A model generated the notes under the pieces. The model searched no databases and was not told the origin of the DNA. It was given only the letters and a program-made list of their open reading frames with translations. Positions 23,415 through 35,100 of a stretch of 64,000 bases of DNA are shown piece after piece. The DNA lies in the NCBI RefSeq assembly GCF_002571385.2, contig NW_019217899.1:62001-126000 (forward strand), given 5' to 3'. How positions within the stretch are numbered: the stretch's first letter is position 1; the number at the start of each line of letters is the position of its first letter. Made by a program: the position numbers and the translations under genes. The DNA is from Stylophora pistillata. Its lineage: Eukaryota.

Positions 23415-26400
23415 ATGATGGCTACCAGAAAGGTTGACGTAAGGTTAATCAAAAGAAAGAGGGAAGCAAAAAAGACAGTTGATTCCCCACTGGCTAGGTA
23501 CTATATTCTGGAACTTAAAATGTTTGGAGCACTATTATTGTTGGGTTAGAAGTTTGCCCTACATTCCCTTACGTTTATCAGGTACAATAGTGCTGGCCAG
23601 CTATCTTGTGTGGTATGCGACATAAACATAAAGAACGAATTTCTGTGGACCTCACATGTCCTTGGTAAAAAGCACAAAGAGGTAAATTAAAGGGTAAAGA
23701 TCCACTAAAGAGAGTAACAGTGCATAACATTTTCATTTAATTATCGTCAGGTCTTAGGTTCCATGCTCAACTTGTAACCAAGAATTTTTTTATTTGGCAG
23801 AACTTGGCAAACCTAAAAGGGAAATCCAAAGCAAACTTATCAGTTACAGAGGTGCAAAAGCCAGTTAAAGTAAGTGGCAACTTAGCTTGTTATGTTCTAT
23901 TTTGAACACTGACCCTTAGTTACCATAAGAGGTAAAGAAGAACGACGGAAATTAAATGGTCTATTTTTGCAGACCCTATGTACTGTACATGCGCAGGAGA
24001 GACGTAATGACTAAAAGAAGGAATGACCTAAAACCACCTAGAACCACCCACAACCACCATCTAAAACCACCTAAAACCACCTACAACCACCTTCAGAATA
24101 CTATTGTGTGACAATTTGAGACAATGTAAGTGCACACCATTACTTAATAAGGTCACGTATCACAGCGCCGCGAGACTATGAGACGTATTTGGCCTGCCAA
24201 CACCTTTAACTCATTGATATTTTAGACAGCAAAACAAAAAGGCCATCACACTATCATTGGGCTAGAAAGTCATGAAAGCCACGCCACAATTTTTCGTAAC
24301 ACTCACAATAGCTCCCTGTAGGTCATTGTAGCTCATTGTAGGTCATTGTAGCTCATTGTAGGTCATTGTAAATCATTGTGGATCATTTTAGGTCAGTCCT
24401 TGTTTCCACGGTAGCTCATTGTAGGTCATTTCTTGTTTTAGTAACTACGTGTAAAAAATTTTCTTGGTGTTTTTCCCTGGTCATGACATGCGACAACATT
24501 TCTGGTGTGCATTTAAATTGTCACAAATTGCCACACAATAGTATTCTGAAGGTGGTTGTAGGTGGTTTTAGATGGTTGTAGGTGGTGGTTGTGGGTGGTT
24601 TTAGATGGTTGTAGGTGGTTTTAGGTGGTTTTAGGTCATTCCTTCTTTTAGTAACTATGGCAGGAGAGACTGGGCTAAATGTGAAATCCAGTGGTAGGTC
24701 TTTGGTGTTGAGCTGGATAGAGGCATTGAGAGTTGAAAGTCAGTTCTCCAGGATTTAAAAACCTGGGTGAAGTTCTGGTGGTCCTGGTTCGAGCACATAC
24801 ATGTACATTGCTCATCGAGAAAGACAGTAATTGTTGACTAAGGTGAGGTCTCGGAACACATGTTGGAGGGAAGGCTGGTAGTTGCCAACTATATCATGTT
24901 TTAGAATGTGCCGGGGTTGACAAGGTAGTCTTCTCAAAATATACTTTTTATTTTTTGGAAAGGTTTAATATAAGTAACAAGGAACTTCGAATATGGCTGT
25001 GAATGCCTGTGTCCAAGCTGATAACATCTAGTCCTTCATATGTACACAATTAAGTAAGAAAAAATTACAAATAGAACATACCAAATAGTGGTTGACTCTA
25101 AATATTGGTGTTTCTCTACTGAATAAGTTTTCTTCCATAATTTGTTTGTGAAATAGAAAGAAAAAGAGAGAATTTTAAACAACCATGGTCTTGGTTTCCT
25201 GGTGTAAACAAAACCATGCACAGCTATCATGTTGATGGTAATTTTTATGTATAAACCAGTTGTTTCCTGTGTGCTGTAAGAAATTACTGAGCAACTTAAT
25301 GTGTTGGGTTGGGATTTTAAATCTAATTTGGGGGTTGGGATTAAGGGTGTAAATATCTTGGAGGGGACTTAGAGTCCTATTGCATTTACACCCACCTTCG
25401 GGTGAATCATAAATAAAAAAAAAAACTTTGTTCCACTTTTAATGTTTCCTTTTGAGATATACTTTGATGAACAAATTTTCAGCAGGTTGAAACAAATGAT
25501 GAAGCTCCAAATAAAAAAATTAAAGGTCAGTTCATTAAAATTTTTCAGAGAATCACCTTAATCAAGATTTAACATTTAAAGCACATCTGAGTTTTGATTC
25601 ATGTACTATAATTTCCAGCTGTTTATTCACAGGTTATCTGTTGATTTTGCATTAAACATGCATCACTACAGGTAATAGGGAGGTGGGGGTTATGTAACAG
25701 TTTTAAAATCTACTGGTGGTTGAACTGAAAAAAATTCTCACCTACATGTACCTGCATTTCCACCTCTCAACTGTGTTTTATTGTTATAGTATTAAGAGTG
25801 CCACAAAGTGGCATGAAAACATGATGCTGACTCAAGGTTACTTTATTCATAATTAGTTGTGTAACGAACAAATTTTTATCGCTACGTGTAAACAAAACCT
25901 TGATTTCCAGTTAACACTAACAGAATTTTCCTGTTATAAGGGACTTGTTAGGCCCAGTAGAACTGGAGATATCAATTTTTTTTTAAAAATTGGCCAATAG
26001 TAGTTTGAAAGCCCGGTCGGAAATTATGGTAACCATTTGGAATACTCATCACTCCATGACATCAGCGTTATTCATGGTTAACACAACTTTCATTTACTGA
26101 TAGATCTTGAGTTTTGTCAGCGAACAACTTTTTCGTTATCTCGGATATTTCAAGACATCAATCATGTATATGTTGTAGTTCAATTTTATACTTGGTTCAA
26201 ATTTTATTTACCTTTGTTCTCGGCCATGTCAGTGTATGCATGATAATGAGTTTGAAACAAAGGAAAATAAAATTTGAACTAAGGATAAAATTGAACTACA
26301 AGATATACAACATAACAACCATGTTACGCTTGATACAGACCAGACAGTGTAACTAACGTGGTGCAAAGTAGTTGCTACACCATTCATTTTAAGTTAGTTA

Positions 26401-27465
26401 AGTATAATTAATTTTAGGATATGGGTTATATATTACTATTTCATATTTATTATTACTAACAGTAATTTTTTTTGACATCCACAGTTGATTACAGGATTGA
26501 CACAAACAGGTAGATCTTCATTGGCGCATCATTGTAGTACATTACATGTAGTTTACCATATAATTTTTTTTTTCCTTGAGCACTGTCAAAGTCACTGTCA
26601 CTGTCACTGTCAAAAGCACTGTCACTGTCAATAGGAAAATTAAATGGTATGTTAAAGCTGATATTGCACACTCATCACCTAGCAATTGGTACAGTATTGA
26701 TTTTCAAGTGCAATTTAACACGAAATTCATGGGTCAGGTAATTGGATTTTCCTTGAGTCACTCAATTGAATGAAAATAAGAAAAAAAGAAAACAGCAATA
26801 ATATAATTGTGTGTTTCTATCTTGAGCACAAAACAAGAGACGTGAAACAATATCACTTACCCTGGTTTTCAACTGGTAATTCTATGCTTAACACCTTGCT
26901 CAGTTAACCAATAAGAATGCAAGATTTAATTCAATTAATATGCGATTCTAATTTTAATATTCTGAGAGGTCCAACGTGGCCACCTAATATAATCTGGCCA
27001 ACCATAAGTCAATACTGAATCAAAAGAGGTGACACTGATTGTGGCAGTTGTAGATTGAACCAATTTATACCATTTAGATTTTGGAAACTTTTTTGATTTC
27101 GTCACAACTAGATGTACAAGAGCAAATCATCAGTACAAACTTTACGTCAAACCAGCAAGACTTAATTGTTATAAACATTCGTTTTTCATTAGGATTGCTA
27201 AATTATGGAATGAATTACCAAGAAACATAGTGGAAGCTGATAATCTTTAGCATTTTAAATCTCAGCTTAAATTGTACTTAAATATTTAATTATAACTAAG
27301 TATCTTATTTTCATTTAGACTTATTTTTTAGGGAGTTTTTCCATAGGGATAACCTCTTAACTTCTTTTTCTGGAAGCATATTTTCCCTTTCCTCTTAGTG
27401 TATACATAGTCTGCTTCTGGAATTAATAAAGTATGTATGTATGTATGTATGTATGTATGTATGTA

Positions 27466-27501
<36 letters not shown>

Positions 27502-30500
27502 GGGTGGGTATACAGCGCTTTGGACAATTAGTGGATTTTAGCGCTATATAAATACAATTATTATTATTATTATTATTAATAAAGTATGTATGTATGTATG
27601 TAATTATAACGAACTGGTTCAAGACTTCAGAGGTAGTTCATCGTTTTATTACGACAGGTCTGTTTCGTATAGTCGAAAATGACCACACTCATGAGGTAAT
27701 TTCAACGTATGTATGTATGCATGTGTGTGTGTGTGCGTGCGTGCGTGCGTGTATGTATGTATGTATGTATGTATGTATGTATAGGCAAACACGTGGCTAT
27801 TGAATGGGCCAACCTAAATGTTTTGAGCAAGGATGGTCAAAAAAGTTAAACCTCTGCTAGAAGTACCAGCAAAGGCAGTCGTATTGTAGGACATAAGCTG
27901 AAAAATTCTTGTATTGCTCTTGGCCTCAGTTTTACGGTGAAATTTTTATTCAACTATGAAAGGCTTTTCTGTCAACAGATTAATAATTAATTACTAAAAA
28001 TGTAAAGGAAACAATTGATAATTTTTAAAATTTACTACGGCTGTATTCAATTACTGTCAAACGTCAACCACATTTGACAGTAATTCTGGTATTGTCTTAG
28101 CTATACAGACAGTTTAGAAGAAAAAAAGGATGAGACTTCCACAGATAACCAATCACATTTGCCTTCAGGTAAGAAATTGTTTCCAGCTATCATGTGGTTG
28201 TATTTTTACCGAACAAGATTTTACACAGTCAACTGGCTACATAATACGAAAGGAACTAATTAAAAGTTTTAATTAGCCAGAGAAGAAGCCTGGATTCTGA
28301 CTGAGAACTTGTTTTCACAAGTGGATAGAGTTTGTTGCTGGTTTTCATCATTATCCGTGTAACAGATTGATGCACCTGGTCAGATTACGTGAAGCAGTTA
28401 TAACATGAGGTGGTCTAAAAGCTGGTTACAGTATGCTTGCATTTGTTACTGTAAAGCAAATATGTGTGGTTTAAGGAATGATGTACATTCCTTTTTATCC
28501 TTTTCAGACTTCTTTGATCATGGAATCAAGTCTGGAATGCAAGAGAATATTCCCAGGTGTTAATGGTTATTTTACTTTAGTTAGTAAATTCCTAAATCAT
28601 ATTAACCATATCGCTGTTTTTTTTCATTTTACACAAAGTCATATCAAGTCCATTGTTTCTTAGGAAATTAGTAGAGTACAGATTTTATTTTGGGATTAAG
28701 TGACAATTTATTCATAACACATTTTAACTGAAAAATTTCCATCCAATCTATTGTGCTGTTTATGTACTTATGTCATTTGGTAAGTTATTTTGTCCCTAAT
28801 CACCTGACTTTTGTTGATATTGTTTCCTATGAATGCATGAAAGAGGAGATTCTACAGAAGGCATTCCAGAAGGATTTTTTGATGACCCAAAACTAGATGC
28901 AAAGGTTTGAAAGTCATGCAATTCACTGTGTGTCTAAATTGAAAGTTTAAGTTCCTTCCTATCTTGAAAAGCTTCATGAGTTTTTGGTTATAATCTCTGA
29001 GAATTGAGGTTCTGTGCTAACAGTGCACACTTTAACATTCAAGATAAGGTCATTTGCAGCATAATGACTGAAAGGTAGGACACATAGTCACACTGTTAGT
29101 TTATTAGCACAGTAAAAGGCTACATTGTATGCCCTATATTCCTAATAAAATATACAATTTACTTATCTTTGTTTTTTTTTTTGCATTTAACTTCTTTTTT
29201 GGAACTCAGTTTTTGCTGGACATCTCCAAGTAGGTCCGTAAAGTAGAGTACAAAGATCAGGCTGAGGAGCAATGGGAAAAGTTCCAGAAAGAAATGCAAG
29301 TAGAAAACCAGGTGCTGAAAATATATATATTTTAAAACAAATCAAAGTTTGGATGGTTCAGTGAAGCCATTTTATTGCTCTGTTTTCCATGTTTATTTTA
29401 GTTTTGTTCTACAGTGTTATACCATTGCATAGTTTGTACATTCTATTTCCTTAATATGGTAGTGGTGGATTGGCATAATGGTGTTCAAGTCAGGATAAAG
29501 AATGATCTTTTTTGAAAGCATTACATTACAGGGTAGAAGAATTCAGTGTTGTTACCTTGTTTTTAAGTATTAGTTGTAATGTTTAAAACTTTTTACCAGT
29601 CAGATCAAATCAAATATCATATAGCCCACTGTATATGGCAACATATGGGTTTGATATGGTGCATAGTGTCCCATATCAAAACCATATGAAATCCATGTGG
29701 CCCATAGATTTTCCCATATCAGACCCATACATGGGCCATAAATGTCCCATATCACTCAGTTTGGTAAGGGTGAGTGTATGGGAGCTTAGACCATTGTATT
29801 TTTGTTTTGCATACAATTATTCAGACACCAGTGGTAACCATAAAATTGTGGCAAACAACTGCTTTGTTAAAGCTCCATTCTTTCTTTGGTGGTAGAATGG
29901 TTAGCAAAAATTTCACACTGTTTACCTTATTCATAACTTGAAATGATTAAAAAAAAAACCTGTAGTAAGCTGTGTAAAAAAAATTGACTGCCTTTATAAT
30001 CGCAGCAACTAAGACTTAATATGTGATATCTTTAACATGGTGTAATGGGTGGTTTAATTGTGTTAAAGCTGCAGCTGACATTGTTTTTCACATCTGTGAA
30101 TATGATTTGTTGGGGGACTAGCACAGGTTATCCATGATCCCTGACCCCTTAATAAAGATGGGAAAGTCAGGGTAAGCCAAGAGGACCTACGTAACTTAAA
30201 GGTTGTTGTTCCCTATTACCTTTGCATATATTTTGTCAGGTGTCACAGTCCATTGTTGAAGGAGAAGATGAGGAGTCCAGAGTTAATAGGGAATTATCAG
30301 AACTCAGTGAACAGAGGTAAATGATTATGATGATAGTGATGATCATAATAATAATTATGATTTAAACACCAATGAAATACCAGGTGAGCTTTTGGCAAAA
30401 ATTTGATATCTTCAAAGGTGAAAATAACATGTTGTCTTCTCACATGATAAATTGCACCTTTAATTTACAGCAAAAGTGAAACCGATTGGTTTTTCATTGT

Positions 30501-30843
30501 TAAATGTTTCATGTTGAAAATTTTTCACTCATTTGCTTCGCTCACACGTGAACTATTCTTCAACACTCAATGAGCAATTTTGTATTTAGACATGGCCATG
30601 TCTTAAAAAGACGTTCTGGTTTTAAATTGACCATTACAAGCCTGTATTGTATTTTGTTTTTTACTTATAATCAGAGTCTACTTTCTAAGAGCTGATGCCT
30701 TACGCGACAGACAGAGTGCTTTAAAGGAAAAGTCCTCCAAACTAAACAGTCTTCAGCCACAACCACACGAACAAACTGACAGCAATAGTGATGATAGCGA
30801 TTTTGATGAATTTCTTGACTGGAGAGCAAAGAAAGTCTCCTGA
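23415..30843 (+). CDS. ZNF830: Zinc finger protein 830 (CCDC16/OMCG1)-like, 10 exons
   Basis: Exons 23415-23497, 23582-23681, 23801-23869, 25486-25525, 28109-28168, 28508-28556, 28844-28904, 29234-29311, 30240-30316, 30675-30843. Translation has DSPLARYNSAGQLSCVVC...WTSHVLGKKHKE (zinc finger), LPSDFFD, IPEGFFDDPKLDAKVR, EQWEKFQKEM and C-terminal DFDEFLDWRAK. The small middle exons are less certain. Confidence 0.9.
24003..24659. mobile_element. MULE-like foldback element with 10-bp TSD and a nested related fragment
   Basis: Long TIRs with aaccaccta tandem subrepeats; TSD gcaggagaga at 23993-24002 and 24660-24669. An internal second right end (ttttagtaactacg, ~24449) follows gtaggtcatt/gtagctcatt repeats. 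Confidence 0.88.
27060..27430 (+). mobile_element. CR1/L2 LINE 3' fragment ending in (TATG)n
   Basis: ...CYKHSFFIRIAKLWNELPRNIVEA.NL..FK..LK ORF2 C-terminal signature, then aataaa and a microsatellite tail. Confidence 0.75.
27431..27782. repeat. Compound microsatellite (TATG)n/(TG)n/(ATT)n/(TGCG)n with embedded retroelement ends
   Basis: Directly visible. Contains an L2-like 3' tail (agcgctttgg...agcgctatataaat) and a hammerhead motif. Confidence 0.9.
27648..27700 (-). ncRNA. Type I minimal hammerhead ribozyme motif with a G5C core mutation (probably inactive)
   Basis: Minus strand: attac-CTCATGA-gtgtggtc-attttc-gactatac-GAA-acag-ac-ctgt-C-gtaat. Stems I (5 bp), II (8 bp including G-U) and III (4 bp) all pair; GUC cleavage triplet present. 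Confidence 0.75.
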
Positions 30844-32196
30844 TGAACTGCTGATTCACTCTGCTCTAGGTGTTGCAATGCATCTAGATACGCAACTTTC
30901 CCTTGTTGCCTTGATATATTTGTACTGGCATGGTCTTTGCCTGAAATGATTAATATTAAGATAGCAAAGCTGAAGAATCAAGTTTTCAAGACAGAGGAAA
31001 AACTTACATGTCAAGGAAGGGGCCTAGGAAAGGAACACCTGAGCAGGAGCAGTGGTATCAGTTCCTTTATAAAAAGAATTTTACTCTTATTTCATTTCTT
31101 GGTCTAAGAAACAGAGTGTTCTGAATTGAGGCATTTTGGAACCCTGGATCCACCGATAGCATTCGCAGAATATATAAAAATAGATATTGACTGCAGAATA
31201 CGGACTGGGGTGTTTTTGTGGAATTTGCTCTCCGCACACGCTGGTTCAACAAACGAGGACTGTATACTCTCTTTTAAGTTGGCTTTTATTCTTCAGCTCA
31301 CAACATTCACGTTCTGCCCTATGATCTAACTCACTTACTGTAGGATCACAAGTGCCACTTTTATTGGCTACAGATATCCACACCCAGATACGTAGGTCAG
31401 GTGTGGTCGGATAGGGCTTAGTTGTCTACATAATTTCCTAATCGGTTGATCCCAGTTGCATGGGTCTGTTAGACAAATCTTATTATCGTTAATCTTAACA
31501 CGTACGCGATTTCACTAGCAATTATCTAGTTAATTACATCATTGTTTGTCGATCCTTCTACGCATTCTTTGTCAATATTTCCAGTTACATTCTACCGGTT
31601 ACATTCTACCGTTCCCTATTAGAGGTAAAGAACCAATAACTCACTTAGTGCACCGCTAATCATGCAAAATATAACAAAACAAGCAAAATCCTAATAATGG
31701 GTGTAAAAGTTCTATAACAGGTGTAAAACATGGGCTGCATACTTCAGACCAGGTTCTAAATAAGGACTGAAGTGAGGGTTCTCAACATAAAGACTGTAGC
31801 AAATCAAACAAAGAAGAACAAGAATACGAAGCACAAACATTCTTATGTGGCAAAGTAACAAAGATTTCTGGTGGACTGACTTAACCAATTTGAACCCAGT
31901 AAATTATATTCTTAGAGGAAGATAGATGACTTGAGTGACTCGATCACATTGTTGGCTTATGAGTCTAATAAAAGTTAGTTAGTCATTGAGAGAAATATTA
32001 TCTTTATTGAACAAATTGGAAATCTTTGCTAATCACACTCTTATCAAAATCAAAGAGTACTTAAAATTTCCTACATCTCATTGAGAAATTGAACTCATCA
32101 TGACTACCTACTGTTACAATGTTTGCAAATCAGTCACTTTGATTTCAAAATTAATGCCTTAACCGTGTAATGAGTTAATCAAGAGAGTGCTGAACA

Positions 32197-35100
32197 TCAA
32201 TGCTTGGGGCAAATGATGACAGGTATATGTGCATGATGAAGGACATAATCACTGACACTTCCGACAAAGGTGCGTCTTATGGCACCCATTCCACGGCTTC
32301 CCATGATGAAAAGATCAATGCCACATTCCTTTACTGTATTGCAAATAGCCTCCCCTGGTTTACCACCACATAGCTTTATCTCAAATGATGCCTGATAAAG
32401 TAAAAAAGGTAAGTAAAATGAGGATTCAGTAAAATTGACAATGGTAACAAAAGTCTATGTACACACATAAGGGGTGTGAGTCTGCAATACCAAGCTTATC
32501 TTGAAAAGATAACACGACCTCCTCTGTCTTGCACTGACTGATGGGTAATGCAAAGTTTAGTAATAATAAAAGTACACCAATCAGACTTAATAACGGTGTA
32601 CTTGTTTATCAAAGAGGATGTGAAATTACCCGATGATTTGCACTGGTCAGAGAAATTATACAGTACATGATTTTGAATCAAATGGAAGAAATCATAAAAT
32701 AGGCAGTTTAAGACTGCAAGTGGCAACTGATACAGTGCAAGTTTACAGCACTGAAAATAGCAAGAGATGTTTCACATGCAAAAGAGGAGACCTGATGCAT
32801 CCCACAAATTTTCACAAAAGGATGATTAAAAATGTGTTGACTAATTAAAACAACCAATAACTAAATGGTTAAAATAATCGTGTTAACAATCAATGGTGGT
32901 AATAATTATTAAAACAATAATAATAGTGATAACTTAAGGGGGATAGCTCAAGAACCTTACTGTTCCTCTATCAGTCTATCCTCTTAGCTCCACAAATGAT
33001 TGAACTGTGCTTTTAATTTTGCATGATAAATATAATTTTTTTTTATTTCATAGCAATTCCATTTTTGTGAGACTTGTTTCATACAATAAGACATTCCACA
33101 TTCTAGGATATTCCACCATTCCACACTGTTGAATAGGGTCACCCAGTTAAACTCTTGACCTTGCTCTCTTTGCAAATTTAGTGGATCTTTAGGGCATTTG
33201 TACCTACTGAAATGGTAAAATGCTTTCTTCGAATGATGAAATTATTTCCTTAAAGTTCCCATGATGTGCAGGTCAAACCTACTTAGCTATTTCTGTAGTA
33301 AAAGTCTTGTTTCAATTACATGCCACAGGAGATGCCCCCGTGAAATTATTTTGAGATGTTTATTATCTTTAGTTGTGTCACAGTGAGAACTGAAAAAATT
33401 TTATTTTCTAATCTACTGGGTATAATTTGCTGATTTAAACGGTAAAGTGCTCTCTCTTCAAAGAAAAAAGTTTATTTCTAGGTCTAATGAGCAGATCACA
33501 CCTTTTAAGATAATTATTTCTGCAAGGAAAAACTTTGTTTTTTCACACGCCATCCTGAAGTTATTTTGAGATGTTTATTGTTTTCTGTAGTACTCCAAAA
33601 CAAAGAATGAGTGGCACTGTGAAACATTCTGTCAAGATGGGAATTCTATTGTTACCATCAGTTACTCATCTCCACACCAGATGTGGCTTCACCTCCTATA
33701 GGATGCAGTAACCACAAAAACTGTTAATTATACTTGGATTAGTTGTGTAGTTGAGTGGACTTTGAATTGGTAGCTGGTTTCTGGCCCATAATGTGGAATC
33801 TAAACTTTACTTTCATGAGTGGGGTGCCCCAGTCAATTTTGTTCATAGGAATTGCCCGTTTGCAGTTTTCAGGAATTGCCAGTTTGCAGTTTTCTTCATT
33901 ACAGGCTTGTGAAAATGTGCATTTTTTTTAGTAATAATCTTAAATATGGTCAATTTTGATGCACAACATCAACATCAACATTCTGAGCTTGTCTTATGCA
34001 CTTAACCTGTAAGATAATTAAAAAATAGACACATGACTGTTTGTTTCGCCAAAAATTGGAGGCCTCTGAGGCAGGAAATTGAACATTTGGTTCTCTGAAG
34101 ATTGCACTTATTTTACACTACAAAACAAACAAAACGAGCTGTAGTGCAACAATTAGGCATTGGTGGATGCCACAGTGAAATTATCTAGAGATAGTTATCT
34201 TCTATAATGGTAGTGTCCTATATGGCAAGAACTAAAAAGATTTTATAGTAGGATTTACATAATTTGCAGATTTCATTATAAAATTATGGTAAAATGCTCT
34301 CTCTTCAAAGACAAATATTTTCCCCTGAGTTTTATGATGTACCAACCATACCTACTGAGAGATTTCTGCAAAGAAAACTTCTGTTTTAAAGTGCTACTGC
34401 CACCAAAAATGCACCTTTTCTTTTCTCCTCAGAGGTTGAAAGTACTTACCCTAAGTAACAAATCTGCCAAATCTTAAGGCAAAACTCCATCAAAATGTAA
34501 TATTATTTTCTCTGTAGATTGGCGATCTAAACGGCTGCGATTCTTTGAACTACAGAACTCCACGCGAAGAAGAAGAAACTGGGTCAAGAACGAAAGTGAC
34601 GTCAACGACTCAACAAACGTGGCTAATTTGATATGCAGAGAGAGAGTTGTTTTTCTGGTTCCACAGGAAAGAAGGAATAAAATTCGAAAGAATTGTTCCC
34701 CAGCTTTCTTTTGCGTATTTCTTGTAAAGGCATGCCTTCACGACGTTGTCAAAGTGAGTCAATGACATCACAACTAAAAACCGATTTTTGCGGGCTCTCC
34801 TGAGTGTGTTATTCGGGCAATGGCGGAAGAATTTTTAATGTCTTTGTGGCGCTGTTTTTAAGGAATAACGTTGTCAAATTTGAAAAACTTATGCTTATTC
34901 TTATAGTTTAGGGTCTAAATGTGAAGTTAACACCAGAAAATTGGAAAATAAAATGCAAATAATTCATCGCAGTAGCACTTTAAATTGTGAGATATTTATC
35001 ACTATCTACAGTCATAGTGTCACAGCAAGTCCTTGTAGTGTCACGACCTGTACTGAAAAGATAATACCTTCTGATCTACATATTTAGCTGATTTAAACAG

